Assembly: GCF_036507355.1 (NCBI RefSeq)
Contig: NZ_AP027877.1
Length of the DNA: 64,000 bases
Source of the DNA: Escherichia coli
GTDB lineage: Bacteria > Pseudomonadota > Gammaproteobacteria > Enterobacterales > Enterobacteriaceae
Direction: 5' to 3' (one strand)
Of this stretch, positions 10,078 through 21,706 are shown in pieces. How positions within the stretch are numbered: the first letter of the stretch is position 1; each line of letters starts with the position of its first letter. The notes under the pieces are model-generated. The model was given only the letters and a program-made list of their open reading frames with translations. It searched no databases and was not told the DNA's origin. A program made the translations under genes and the position numbers.

Positions 10078-11499
10078 ATGATGAGCAAAATAAACCAAAC
10101 GGATATCGATCGGTTGATTGAACTGGTCGGCGGGCGCGGCAATATTGCGACGGTGAGCCACTGTATTACTCGCCTGCGCTTTGTCCTCAACCAACCGGCC
10201 AATGCCAGACCGAAAGAAATTGAGCAACTCCCCATGGTGAAAGGCTGTTTCACCAATGCCGGGCAATTTCAGGTGGTGATTGGCACCAATGTGGGTGATT
10301 ACTATCAAGCACTGATTGCGTCAACCGGACAGGCGCAGGTTGATAAAGAGCAGGTAAAAAAAGCCGCCCGGCAGAATATGAAATGGCATGAGCAGTTGAT
10401 CTCTCATTTCGCGGAGATCTTCTTCCCGCTGCTGCCCGCGTTGATTAGCGGCGGTTTGATCCTCGGTTTTCGCAATGTGATCGGCGATTTGCCCATGAGC
10501 AACGGTCAGACGCTGGCGCAAATGTACCCTTCCCTGCAAACGATCTACGATTTTCTATGGTTGATCGGTGAAGCGATCTTCTTCTACCTGCCGGTCGGGA
10601 TTTGCTGGTCAGCGGTGAAAAAAATGGGCGGCACGCCGATCCTTGGTATCGTGCTTGGCGTGACACTGGTTTCTCCACAGCTGATGAACGCTTATCTGCT
10701 CGGGCAGCAGCTGCCGGAAGTGTGGGACTTTGGCATGTTCAGCATCGCCAAAGTAGGCTATCAGGCGCAGGTGATCCCGGCACTGTTAGCCGGGCTGGCG
10801 CTGGGCGTTATTGAAACTCGCCTTAAACGCATCGTGCCGGATTACCTCTATCTGGTGGTGGTGCCCGTCTGTTCGCTGATCCTCGCGGTGTTCCTCGCCC
10901 ATGCGCTGATTGGTCCGTTTGGTCGCATGATTGGCGATGGCGTTGCCTTTGCGGTACGTCACCTGATGACCGGCAGCTTTGCTCCGATTGGCGCAGCATT
11001 GTTTGGCTTCCTGTACGCCCCGCTGGTGATCACCGGGGTACACCAGACCACGCTTGCTATTGATTTGCAGATGATTCAAAGCATGGGTGGTACGCCAGTG
11101 TGGCCGCTGATTGCGCTGTCGAATATCGCTCAGGGCTCCGCCGTGATAGGCATTATCATTTCCAGCCGCAAGCACAATGAACGCGAGATCTCCGTGCCTG
11201 CCGCTATCTCCGCCTGGCTTGGGGTCACTGAGCCTGCAATGTACGGCATCAACCTGAAATATCGCTTCCCGATGCTGTGCGCGATGATTGGTTCTGGTCT
11301 GGCAGGATTGCTATGCGGCCTGAACGGCGTTATGGCGAATGGCATCGGCGTAGGCGGCCTGCCGGGAATTCTCTCGATTCAACCGAGCTACTGGCAGGTG
11401 TTTGCGCTGGCAATGGCTATCGCCATCATCATCCCGATTGTACTCACCTCGTTTATCTATCAGCGGAAATACCGCCTGGGCACGCTGGACATTGTTTAA
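10078..11499 (+). CDS. treB: PTS trehalose-specific EIIBC component
   Basis: 473-aa ORF; EIIB cysteine motif (HCITRLRF) then polytopic membrane domain. Confidence 0.95.
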   Translation: MMSKINQTDIDRLIELVGGRGNIATVSHCITRLRFVLNQPANARPKEIEQLPMVKGCFTNAGQFQVVIGTNVGDYYQALIASTGQAQVDKEQVKKAARQNMKWHEQLISHFAEIFFPLLPALISGGLILGFRNVIGDLPMSNGQTLAQMYPSLQTIYDFLWLIGEAIFFYLPVGICWSAVKKMGGTPILGIVLGVTLVSPQLMNAYLLGQQLPEVWDFGMFSIAKVGYQAQVIPALLAGLALGVIETRLKRIVPDYLYLVVVPVCSLILAVFLAHALIGPFGRMIGDGVAFAVRHLMTGSFAPIGAALFGFLYAPLVITGVHQTTLAIDLQMIQSMGGTPVWPLIALSNIAQGSAVIGIIISSRKHNEREISVPAAISAWLGVTEPAMYGINLKYRFPMLCAMIGSGLAGLLCGLNGVMANGIGVGGLPGILSIQPSYWQVFALAMAIAIIIPIVLTSFIYQRKYRLGTLDIV

Positions 11500-11548
11500 T
11501 TTTCTTCGGGGCGCAATTGCGCCCCCTCGCATTCGCAGGAATAACGTA

Positions 11549-13204
11549 ATGACTAATCTTCCCCACTGGTGGCAAAACGGCGTTATCTACCAGATTTATC
11601 CAAAGAGTTTTCAGGACACCACGGGTAGCGGCACCGGCGATTTACGTGGCGTTATCCAACGCCTGGACTATCTGCATAAACTGGGCGTTGATGCCATCTG
11701 GCTAACCCCCTTTTATGTCTCTCCCCAGGTCGATAACGGTTACGACGTAGCGAACTATACGGCGATTGATCCCACCTACGGCACGCTGGACGATTTTGAC
11801 GAACTGGTGACGCAGGCAAAATCGCGCGGGATTCGTATCATTCTCGATATGGTGTTTAACCATACCTCTACCCAACATGCCTGGTTTCGCGAGGCGCTGA
11901 ACAAAGAAAGCCCTTACCGCCAGTTTTATATCTGGCGCGATGGAGAACCAGAAACGCCACCGAACAACTGGCGTTCAAAATTTGGCGGTAGTGCGTGGCG
12001 CTGGCATGCGGAAAGCGAACAGTACTATTTGCATCTCTTTGCACCAGAACAGGCGGATCTCAACTGGGAGAATCCAGCGGTACGCGCAGAGCTGAAAAAA
12101 GTCTGTGAGTTCTGGGCCGATCGTGGGGTCGACGGGTTGCGCCTGGATGTGGTGAATCTGATCTCCAAAGACCCGCGTTTCCCTGAAGACCTGGACGGCG
12201 ACGGGCGTCGCTTCTACACCGACGGGCCACGAGCACACGAGTTTTTGCACGAGATGAACCGCGATGTGTTTACGCCACGCGGGTTAATGACCGTAGGTGA
12301 AATGTCCTCCACCAGCCTTGAGCATTGCCAGCGATACGCGGCTCTGACAGGCAGTGAATTGTCGATGACCTTTAATTTTCATCACCTGAAGGTCGATTAT
12401 CCCGGTGGTGAAAAATGGACGCTGGCTAAACCTGACTTTGTGGCGTTGAAAACATTGTTCCGCCACTGGCAACAAGGAATGCACAACGTAGCATGGAATG
12501 CCTTGTTCTGGTGTAACCACGATCAGCCGCGCATTGTTTCTCGCTTTGGTGATGAAGGTGAATACCGCGTGCCTGCGGCAAAAATGCTGGCGATGGTGCT
12601 GCATGGCATGCAGGGAACGCCGTATATCTACCAGGGCGAAGAGATTGGCATGACCAACCCGCATTTCACGCGCATTACTGACTATCGCGACGTAGAGAGC
12701 CTCAATATGTTTGCCGAGCTGCGCAACGATGGTCGTGATGCCGACGAATTATTGGCAATCCTCGCCAGTAAATCCCGTGACAACAGTCGCACGCCCATGC
12801 AATGGAGCAACGGCGATAATGCCGGGTTTACGGCTGGCGAACCGTGGATTAGCCTGGGCGATAACTATCAACAAATCAACGTAGAAGCCGCGCTGGCCGA
12901 TGAGTCCTCGGTGTTTTACACCTACCAAAAGTTAATCGCACTACGTAAGCAAGAAGCCGTTCTGACATGGGGCAATTACCAGGATCTGCTGCCAAACAGC
13001 CCTGTATTGTGGTGCTATCGCCGTGAATGGAAGGGGCAAACCTTGCTGGTCATTGCCAACCTTAGCCGTGAGATCCAACCCTGGCAGCCAGAGCAAATGC
13101 GCGGCAACTGGCAGCTTGTGATGCATAACTACGAAGAAGCCTCACCACAACCCTGTGCCATGACTTTACGGCCTTTTGAGGCTGTCTGGTGGTTACAGAA
13201 GTAA
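11549..13204 (+). CDS. treC: Trehalose-6-phosphate hydrolase (GH13)
   Basis: 551 aa from ATG at 11549 (MTNLPHWWQNGVIYQIYP) after AGGAA SD; GH13 motif GVDGLRLDVVN. Confidence 0.95.
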   Translation: MTNLPHWWQNGVIYQIYPKSFQDTTGSGTGDLRGVIQRLDYLHKLGVDAIWLTPFYVSPQVDNGYDVANYTAIDPTYGTLDDFDELVTQAKSRGIRIILDMVFNHTSTQHAWFREALNKESPYRQFYIWRDGEPETPPNNWRSKFGGSAWRWHAESEQYYLHLFAPEQADLNWENPAVRAELKKVCEFWADRGVDGLRLDVVNLISKDPRFPEDLDGDGRRFYTDGPRAHEFLHEMNRDVFTPRGLMTVGEMSSTSLEHCQRYAALTGSELSMTFNFHHLKVDYPGGEKWTLAKPDFVALKTLFRHWQQGMHNVAWNALFWCNHDQPRIVSRFGDEGEYRVPAAKMLAMVLHGMQGTPYIYQGEEIGMTNPHFTRITDYRDVESLNMFAELRNDGRDADELLAILASKSRDNSRTPMQWSNGDNAGFTAGEPWISLGDNYQQINVEAALADESSVFYTYQKLIALRKQEAVLTWGNYQDLLPNSPVLWCYRREWKGQTLLVIANLSREIQPWQPEQMRGNWQLVMHNYEEASPQPCAMTLRPFEAVWWLQK

Positions 13205-13216
13205 ATCTTCGCTAAG

Positions 13217-13249
13217 CCCCGGTAATGCCTGTCATTCCGGGGTTTTGTC
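13217..13249 (+). terminator. Rho-independent terminator after treC
   Basis: CCCCGG...CCGGGG stem followed by TTTTGTCT. Confidence 0.7.
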
Positions 13250-13347
13250 TGTCAGCATGTTGTTTTTGTTGATTTTTCAACCAGAAAATTCATTAAAAAA
13301 TTTACATAACGCTGTAGCGCCCGTCATCCGTACGCTCTGCTTTTTAC

Positions 13348-13437
13348 TTTGAGCTACATCAAAAAAAGTTCAAACATCCTTGATGCAAAGCACTATATAT
13401 AGACTTTAAAATGCGTCCCAACCCAATATGTTGTATT
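13348..13437 (+). promoter_or_regulatory. nrdDG promoter region: FNR-like site and two NrdR-box-like palindromes
   Basis: TTGAGctacATCAA at 13348-13362 (9/10 to FNR consensus TTGAT-N4-ATCAA); GCACTATATATAGACT (~13390-13405) and CCCAATATGTTGTATT (~13422-13437) resemble NrdR boxes; about 160-250 bp upstream of nrdD. Confidence 0.55.
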
Positions 13438-13597
13438 AATCGACTATAATTGCTACTACAGCTCCCCACGAAAAAGGTGCGGCGTTGTGGATAAGCGGAT
13501 GGCGATTGCGGAAAGCACCGGAAAACGAAACGAAAAAACCGGAAAACGCCTTTCCCAATTTCTGTGGATAACCTGTTCTTAAAAATATGGAGCGATC

Positions 13598-15736
13598 ATG
13601 ACACCGCATGTGATGAAACGAGACGGCTGCAAAGTGCCGTTTAAATCAGAGCGCATCAAAGAAGCGATTCTGCGTGCAGCTAAAGCAGCGGAAGTCGATG
13701 ATGCAGATTATTGCGCCACTGTTGCTGCGGTTGTCAGCGAGCAGATGCAAGGCCGTAACCAGGTGGATATCAACGAGATCCAGACCGCAGTTGAAAACCA
13801 GCTGATGTCAGGTCCATACAAACAACTGGCTCGTGCTTACATCGAGTACCGTCACGATCGCGACATTGAACGTGAAAAACGCGGTCGCCTGAACCAGGAG
13901 ATCCGTGGTCTGGTCGAGCAGACCAACGCCTCGTTACTCAACGAAAACGCCAACAAAGACAGCAAGGTGATTCCAACCCAGCGCGACCTGCTGGCCGGGA
14001 TCGTGGCTAAACACTATGCACGCCAGCACCTGCTGCCGCGTGACGTGGTGCAGGCACATGAGCGTGGCGATATTCACTATCACGATCTCGATTACTCGCC
14101 GTTCTTCCCGATGTTCAACTGCATGTTGATCGACCTGAAAGGCATGCTGACCCAGGGCTTTAAAATGGGGAACGCCGAGATTGAACCGCCGAAGTCGATC
14201 TCTACGGCAACCGCGGTAACTGCGCAGATTATTGCTCAGGTCGCCAGCCATATTTATGGCGGCACCACCATTAACCGTATCGATGAAGTGCTGGCGCCGT
14301 TTGTTACCGCCAGCTACAACAAACATCGCAAGACCGCAGAAGAGTGGAACATCCCGGACGCCGAAGGCTACGCTAACTCTCGTACCATCAAAGAGTGCTA
14401 CGATGCCTTCCAGTCGCTGGAGTACGAAGTAAACACCCTGCACACCGCCAACGGTCAGACGCCGTTTGTAACCTTTGGTTTTGGTCTGGGCACCAGCTGG
14501 GAATCGCGCCTGATTCAGGAATCGATCCTGCGTAACCGTATCGCAGGCCTCGGTAAAAACCGTAAAACTGCGGTGTTCCCGAAACTGGTGTTTGCGATTC
14601 GCGATGGCCTGAACCATAAAAAAGGCGATCCGAACTACGACATCAAACAGCTGGCGCTGGAGTGCGCAAGCAAGCGCATGTATCCGGATATCCTGAACTA
14701 CGATCAGGTAGTGAAAGTCACCGGTTCGTTTAAAACCCCGATGGGCTGCCGCAGCTTCCTCGGCGTGTGGGAAAATGAAAACGGCGAGCAGATCCACGAT
14801 GGTCGTAACAACCTCGGCGTGATCAGCCTGAACCTGCCGCGTATTGCTCTGGAAGCAAAAGGCGATGAAGCCACCTTCTGGAAGCTGCTGGATGAACGTC
14901 TGGTGCTGGCACGTAAGGCACTGATGACCCGTATCGCTCGTCTCGAAGGCGTGAAAGCGCGCGTCGCCCCGATCCTCTATATGGAAGGTGCTTGTGGCGT
15001 ACGTCTGAATGCTGACGATGATGTTTCTGAAATCTTCAAAAACGGTCGTGCGTCTATTTCGCTGGGTTACATCGGCATCCACGAAACCATTAACGCGCTG
15101 TTCGGCGGCGAGCATGTTTACGACAACGAGCAGCTTCGCGCGAAAGGTATCGCCATTGTTGAACGTCTGCGTCAGGCAGTGGATCAGTGGAAAGAAGAAA
15201 CGGGTTATGGTTTCAGTCTCTACAGCACGCCGAGTGAAAACCTGTGCGACCGCTTCTGCCGTCTCGATACTGCTGAGTTTGGCGTGGTGCCGGGCGTGAC
15301 CGATAAAGGTTACTACACCAACAGTTTCCACCTTGATGTGGAGAAGAAGGTGAACCCGTACGACAAGATCGACTTTGAAGCGCCTTACCCGCCGCTGGCG
15401 AACGGTGGTTTCATTTGCTACGGCGAGTATCCAAACATTCAGCACAACCTGAAAGCGCTGGAAGATGTCTGGGATTACAGCTATCAGCATGTACCGTATT
15501 ACGGCACCAATACACCGATTGATGAGTGCTACGAGTGTGGCTTTACCGGTGAGTTCGAGTGCACCAGCAAAGGCTTCACTTGCCCGAAATGTGGTAACCA
15601 TGACGCCTCCCGTGTGTCGGTAACTCGCCGCGTGTGCGGATATTTAGGTAGCCCGGATGCACGTCCATTTAACGCCGGTAAGCAGGAAGAAGTTAAGCGC
15701 CGCGTTAAACATTTGGGAAATGGGCAAATAGGTTAA
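13598..15736 (+). CDS. nrdD: Anaerobic ribonucleoside-triphosphate reductase (class III)
   Basis: 712-aa ORF; C-terminal glycyl-radical region (RRVCGYLG) and Cys cluster. Confidence 0.97.
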   Translation: MTPHVMKRDGCKVPFKSERIKEAILRAAKAAEVDDADYCATVAAVVSEQMQGRNQVDINEIQTAVENQLMSGPYKQLARAYIEYRHDRDIEREKRGRLNQEIRGLVEQTNASLLNENANKDSKVIPTQRDLLAGIVAKHYARQHLLPRDVVQAHERGDIHYHDLDYSPFFPMFNCMLIDLKGMLTQGFKMGNAEIEPPKSISTATAVTAQIIAQVASHIYGGTTINRIDEVLAPFVTASYNKHRKTAEEWNIPDAEGYANSRTIKECYDAFQSLEYEVNTLHTANGQTPFVTFGFGLGTSWESRLIQESILRNRIAGLGKNRKTAVFPKLVFAIRDGLNHKKGDPNYDIKQLALECASKRMYPDILNYDQVVKVTGSFKTPMGCRSFLGVWENENGEQIHDGRNNLGVISLNLPRIALEAKGDEATFWKLLDERLVLARKALMTRIARLEGVKARVAPILYMEGACGVRLNADDDVSEIFKNGRASISLGYIGIHETINALFGGEHVYDNEQLRAKGIAIVERLRQAVDQWKEETGYGFSLYSTPSENLCDRFCRLDTAEFGVVPGVTDKGYYTNSFHLDVEKKVNPYDKIDFEAPYPPLANGGFICYGEYPNIQHNLKALEDVWDYSYQHVPYYGTNTPIDECYECGFTGEFECTSKGFTCPKCGNHDASRVSVTRRVCGYLGSPDARPFNAGKQEEVKRRVKHLGNGQIG

Positions 15737-15756
15737 TCTTCACTCTACGTTAAGCA

Positions 15757-15890
<134 letters not shown>

Positions 15891-15893
15891 ACA

Positions 15894-16358
15894 ATGAATT
15901 ATCATCAGTACTATCCTGTCGACATCGTCAACGGCCCCGGCACTCGCTGCACCTTGTTTGTCTCCGGGTGTGTTCATGAATGCCCCGGTTGCTATAACAA
16001 AAGCACCTGGCGGGTAAATTCTGGTCAGCCCTTTACCAAAGCAATGGAAGACCAGATCATTAACGATCTGAATGACACTCGTATCAAACGCCAGGGGATT
16101 TCCCTCTCCGGCGGCGATCCGCTGCATCCGCAAAACGTGCCGGATATTCTGAAACTGGTAAAACGCATCCGCGCCGAGTGTCCGGGTAAAGACATCTGGG
16201 TGTGGACAGGCTATAAACTCGACGAACTCAACGCTGCGCAAATGCAGGTTGTTGATTTGATTAACGTACTGGTCGACGGCAAATTTGTGCAGGATTTAAA
16301 AGACCCTTCCCTGATCTGGCGCGGCAGCAGCAATCAGGTGGTGCATCATTTGCGATGA
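15894..16358 (+). CDS. nrdG: Anaerobic ribonucleotide reductase activating protein (radical SAM)
   Basis: 154-aa ORF with Cys cluster (GCVHECPGCYN), downstream of nrdD. Confidence 0.95.
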   Translation: MNYHQYYPVDIVNGPGTRCTLFVSGCVHECPGCYNKSTWRVNSGQPFTKAMEDQIINDLNDTRIKRQGISLSGGDPLHPQNVPDILKLVKRIRAECPGKDIWVWTGYKLDELNAAQMQVVDLINVLVDGKFVQDLKDPSLIWRGSSNQVVHHLR

Positions 16359-16362
16359 TAAG

Positions 16363-16394
16363 TTCCCTGTTACCTGAGTGCAGGCAACAGGGAA
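16363..16394. terminator. Bidirectional hairpin terminator between convergent nrdG and cybC
   Basis: TTCCCTGTT...AACAGGGAA inverted repeat in the 44-bp convergent gap. Confidence 0.6.
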
Positions 16395-16402
16395 ATGAGG
16401 AA

Positions 16403-16792
<390 letters not shown>

Positions 16793-16971
16793 TCACTTCC
16801 TTTTTTATTTACACTTCATCCTTCACACTGCCTCATCGACGGCTACGCTCATTCGCCCGGGTCACGTACTGCGAGTACGCTCCCCGGCCCTCATTCACTT
16901 TCCGTCTCGATGCAGTGCGAATGATTTTGTGTAATTTTTTAGTTTATAGCGCGGCAGGTCGCGCCAGTTTT

Positions 16972-18324
16972 TTACTGCCCGGCGATTTTCATCTCCGGCA
17001 ACAGCACAGAACCACACTGTATATTACTGCGTGTTTCAATATCGTTACCGACGGTGACAATATTGCGCCACATATCTTTTAAATTACCTGCGATGGTGAT
17101 TTCACTAACGGGATACTGAATTTCGCCATTCTCTACCCAGAAGCCCGCTGCACCACGGGAATAATCACCGGTAATGGCACTCACGCCCTGGCCCATCAGC
17201 TCCGTCACCACCAGCCCGGTGCCCATCTCTTTGAGCATTTGTTCGAAGCTTAGCCCTTGTCCGGCAATCCGCCAGTTGTGAATACCGCCCGCATGTCCGG
17301 TGCTTTTCAGCCCCAGTTTCCGCGCCGAGTAGCTGGTCAGCAGCCACTGAGTCAGGATGCCATCTTTAATAATATCGCGACGCTCGGTGCGCACACCTTC
17401 GCTGTCGAATGGCGTCGACGCCAGCCCTTTCAGCAGATGCGGATGCTCTTCAATGGTCAGCCAGTCCGGCAGAATTTGTTTACCCAGCGAATCCAGCAGA
17501 AAGGTAGATTTACGGTAAACCGAGCCACCCGCTATCGCCCCCACCAGATGGCCAAAAAGCCCGGTTGCCACTTCATTGGCAAAAATGACTGGCGCTTTCA
17601 TGGTGGAGAGTTTACGCGGTGACAGGCGCGATAAAGTACGGCGAGCACAGTCGGCCCCGACCCACTCTGGCGTTTGCAGATCGCTCATCGCGCGGCCAAT
17701 GGTGTAGGCGTAATCACGCTCCATATCGCCATTTTCTTCGGCAATTACACAGCTGGAGAGCGAATGACGCGTTGAGCAGTAACCCTGCAACATGCCGTGG
17801 CTGTTGCCAAAAACTTTGACACCGTAGTGGCTGTTAAAACTGCCGCCTTCGGTATTGGTAATGCGTTTGTCCGCCTGCAATGCCGCCTGTTCTGCGCGGG
17901 CCGCCAGTTCAATGGCTTCATCCGGGGAAACTTCAGCAGGGTGGAACAAGTCGAGATCTGGTGCGTCAAAGGCCAGCAGCTCTTTGTCTGCCAGCCCGGC
18001 ACAGGGATCTGGCGAGGTATAACGGGCAATATCCAGCGCCGCCTGTACAGTACGGGCAATGGCCTGCGGGCTTAAATCGGTGGATGATGCGCTACCTTTG
18101 CGGTTCTGGTGATAAACAGTGATCCCCAGCGCGCCATCGCTATTGAATTCAACATTCTCCACTTCACCATAACGCGTGCTTACGCTAATGCCGGTGGTCT
18201 TGCTGACGGCAACTTCCGCACCGTCCGATTTGCCTGAGGCCAACTCCAGCGCAGTGGAAACTGCTTCTTCCAGAATCTTGCGCTGCGCTTCAACTTGAGA
18301 GATTACTTTCATTGCAAGTGCCAT
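16972..18324 (-). CDS. pmbA: Metalloprotease PmbA (TldE)
   Basis: 450-aa ORF; the true start may be the internal MKVISQ a few codons downstream. Confidence 0.93.
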   Translation of the reverse strand: MALAMKVISQVEAQRKILEEAVSTALELASGKSDGAEVAVSKTTGISVSTRYGEVENVEFNSDGALGITVYHQNRKGSASSTDLSPQAIARTVQAALDIARYTSPDPCAGLADKELLAFDAPDLDLFHPAEVSPDEAIELAARAEQAALQADKRITNTEGGSFNSHYGVKVFGNSHGMLQGYCSTRHSLSSCVIAEENGDMERDYAYTIGRAMSDLQTPEWVGADCARRTLSRLSPRKLSTMKAPVIFANEVATGLFGHLVGAIAGGSVYRKSTFLLDSLGKQILPDWLTIEEHPHLLKGLASTPFDSEGVRTERRDIIKDGILTQWLLTSYSARKLGLKSTGHAGGIHNWRIAGQGLSFEQMLKEMGTGLVVTELMGQGVSAITGDYSRGAAGFWVENGEIQYPVSEITIAGNLKDMWRNIVTVGNDIETRSNIQCGSVLLPEMKIAGQ

Positions 18325-18417
18325 AATGTAGAGAGTTTCTCTGAAGTCTAACAGAGAACCGTTTTTCAGTGCGCATCTTAACTGGTAACATTAGCCTCTT
18401 TTTTTAAGGAGCCTGAG

Positions 18418-18969
18418 ATGACTAAGCAGCCCGAAGACTGGCTCGACGACGTTCCCGGTGATGACATCGAAGACGAAGACGATGAAATTATCTGGGTCAG
18501 TAAAAGTGAAATTAAACGTGATGCCGAGGAGCTAAAACGCCTTGGCGCGGAAATTGTTGATCTGGGGAAAAACGCGCTGGATAAGATCCCGTTAGATGCG
18601 GATCTGCGCGCGGCTATTGAGCTCGCCCAGCGTATTAAGATGGAAGGTCGCCGCCGCCAGTTGCAGCTCATCGGTAAGATGCTGCGCCAGCGCGATGTAG
18701 AACCGATCCGTCAGGCGCTGGATAAGCTGAAAAACCGTCACAACCAGCAGGTGGTGCTGTTCCATAAACTGGAAAACCTGCGCGATCGTCTGATCGATCA
18801 AGGTGATGACGCCATCGCTGAGGTATTAAATCTGTGGCCCGATGCCGATCGTCAGCAGCTGCGTACTCTGATCCGCAACGCGAAGAAAGAGAAAGAAGGG
18901 AATAAGCCGCCGAAATCCGCACGCCAGATTTTCCAGTATCTGCGCGAACTGGCGGAGAATGAAGGGTAA
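18418..18969 (+). CDS. yjgA: Ribosome-associated protein YjgA (DarP, DUF615)
   Basis: 183-aa acidic/basic ORF divergent from pmbA. Confidence 0.9.
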
Positions 18970-18995
18970 TTTTCGTTGTTGATGTGAGTATGGTT

Positions 18996-19105
18996 TGCCG
19001 GATGCGGTGCACCTGTAGGCCTGATAAGACGCATCAAGCGTCGCATCAGGCACTATGCTCAAATGCCGGATGCGGCGTGAACGCCTTATCCGGCCTACGC
19101 ACACT
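18996..19105. repeat. REP element cluster
   Basis: GCCGGATGCGGTG..., CCTGATAAGACGCATCAAGCGTCGCATCAGG and GCCGGATGCGGCGTGAACGCCTTATCCGGCCTAC units between yjgA and mpl. Confidence 0.85.
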
Positions 19106-19124
19106 ATATCAGGCTGAGGCCGAA

Positions 19125-20498
19125 TTACTGCGCAGCTTCCGCCTTCTTCGCCAGACCATCCAGCAGTTTCTGATGGATCCCACCAAAACCGCCGTTGCTC
19201 ATCACCAGAATATGGTCGCCAGGCTGAGCGGTTTTCACCACCATATCTGCCAGCGTATCCACATCGCCACTCCAGTGTGCAGGCTGAACGCAGGCTTCTG
19301 CCACTTCTGCCACCTGCCACGGAATATGCGCCGGTTGCAGCAGGAAGACTTCATCGGCACGACCTAATGAAGGTGCCAGATCGTCTTTGCAGATCCCCAT
19401 TTTCATGGTATTCGAGCGCGGCTCCAGCACAGCAATAATGCGCGCCGTACCGCCAACTTTGCCGCGCAGCGCCGCAAGCGTTGCCAGAATCGCCGTCGGG
19501 TGATGGGCGAAATCGTCATATACCGTGACGCCATTCGCTTCACCACGCAACTCCAGACGGCGACGAGCATTAATAAACGAACCCAGCGCGTTAGCGGCAT
19601 CTGCCGGCTCTACACCAACATGGCGAGCCGCTGCAATCGCCATCAGGCCATTGTGCATATTATGTTCGCCTACCAGCGACCATTTCACTTCGCCCACTTT
19701 TTCGCCATCCAGCAAAACTTCCCATTCGGAAGCATCGGTGGTCAGCTTTTTCGCCTGCCAGTGACCCTGCTCGCCCACCAGCTCCTGCTCGCTCCAGCAG
19801 CCCATCGCCATGGTCTGTTTCAGGTTGATGTCGTTTTCCGGCCAGATAATACGGCCCTGCCCCGGAACGATACGCACCAGATGGTGGAACTGTTTCTGGA
19901 TCGCTTTCAGGTCGTCAAAGATATCGGCGTGATCGAACTCAAGGTTGTTGAGGATCAGCGTACGCGGGCAGTAATGGACAAATTTAGAGCGTTTGTCGAA
20001 GAAGGCGCAGTCATACTCATCCGCTTCGATAACAAAGAAGTCGCTTTCGCCCAGACGCGCCGAAACCTCAAAGTTCCCCGGCACACCGCCGATCACAAAT
20101 CCCGGTTTGTAACCGCACTGTTCCAGAATCCAGGTCGCCATTCCCGCGGTGGTGGTTTTGCCGTGTGTACCTGCAACGGCCAGCACCCAACGGTCACGCA
20201 GCACAAAATCGTGCAGCCACTGCGGACCTGACATATAAGGGATGTTTTTTTCCAGTACCGCTTCCACACACGGATTTCCACGGGTCATGGCGTTGCCAAT
20301 AATCACCAGATCCGGCTGCGGGTCGAGCTGGCTGGCATCGTAACCCTGAATCAGTTCAATGCCTTGCTTCTCAAGTAAGGTGCTCATCGGCGGATACACA
20401 TTGGCGTCCGAACCCGTTACTTCATGGCCTAACTGGCGCGCCAGCATCGCCAGACCGCCCATAAACGTGCCACAAATTCCTAAAATATGAATGCGCAT
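19125..20498 (-). CDS. mpl: UDP-N-acetylmuramate:L-alanyl-gamma-D-glutamyl-meso-DAP ligase
   Basis: 457-aa ORF; Mur-ligase P-loop GTHGKTTT. Confidence 0.95.
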
Positions 20499-20673
20499 AC
20501 GTCACTATCCTTTTTTAATCTGCCGCTCATTTTACGCATATGTCGGGCAAGTGAGAAACGCATTTCAGGATAATCCGCAATTTGCTGGCGCGATTCACCT
20601 GAGCGCAACATTCCGATTATTTGTTAAGATTGTTACGGTCGCTTTACTCCATAAACATTGCAGGGAAAGTTTT

Positions 20674-21672
20674 ATGAAAACGTTAGGTGAATTTATTGTC
20701 GAAAAGCAGCACGAGTTTTCTCATGCTACCGGTGAGCTCACTGCTTTGCTGTCGGCAATAAAACTGGGCGCCAAGATTATCCATCGCGATATCAACAAAG
20801 CAGGACTGGTTGATATCCTGGGTGCCAGCGGTGCTGAGAACGTGCAGGGCGAGGTTCAGCAGAAACTCGACTTGTTCGCTAATGAAAAACTGAAAGCCGC
20901 ACTGAAAGCACGCGATATCGTTGCGGGGATTGCCTCTGAAGAAGAAGATGAGATTGTCGTCTTTGAAGGCTGTGAACACGCAAAATACGTGGTGCTGATG
21001 GACCCCCTGGATGGCTCGTCCAACATCGATGTTAACGTCTCTGTCGGTACCATTTTCTCCATCTACCGCCGCGTTACGCCTGTTGGCACGCCGGTAACGG
21101 AAGAAGATTTCCTCCAGCCTGGTAACAAACAGGTTGCGGCAGGTTACGTGGTATACGGCTCCTCTACCATGCTGGTTTACACCACCGGATGCGGTGTTCA
21201 CGCCTTTACTTACGATCCTTCGCTGGGCGTTTTCTGCCTGTGCCAGGAACGGATGCGCTTCCCGGAGAAAGGCAAAACCTACTCCATCAACGAAGGAAAC
21301 TACATTAAGTTTCCGAACGGGGTGAAGAAGTACATTAAATTCTGCCAGGAAGAAGATAAATCCACCAACCGCCCGTATACCTCACGTTATATCGGTTCAC
21401 TGGTTGCGGATTTCCACCGTAACCTGCTGAAAGGCGGTATTTATCTCTACCCAAGCACCGCCAGCCACCCGGACGGTAAACTGCGTTTACTGTATGAGTG
21501 CAACCCGATGGCATTCCTGGCGGAACAAGCGGGCGGTAAAGCGAGCGATGGCAAAGAGCGTATTCTGGATATTATCCCGGAAACCCTGCACCAGCGCCGT
21601 TCGTTCTTTGTCGGCAACGACCATATGGTTGAAGATGTCGAACGCTTTATCCGTGAGTTCCCGGACGCGTAA
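20674..21672 (+). CDS. fbp: Fructose-1,6-bisphosphatase class 1
   Basis: 332 aa from ATG at 20674 ([16 protein letters not shown]). Confidence 0.95.
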
Positions 21673-21680
21673 TCTCCTGC

Positions 21681-21706
21681 GCCTCTCCACACGGAGAGGC
21701 GTTTTT
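21681..21706 (+). terminator. Rho-independent terminator after fbp
   Basis: GCCTCTCC-ACAC-GGAGAGGC stem followed by TTTTTATT; overlaps the 3' end of convergent yjfF. Confidence 0.75.

Noticed and set aside
13934-15601. 555-aa ORF on the minus strand
   Set aside because: Lies entirely antisense within nrdD, whose sense frame carries strongly recognisable class III RNR sequence; long antisense ORFs are common opposite GC-rich genes.
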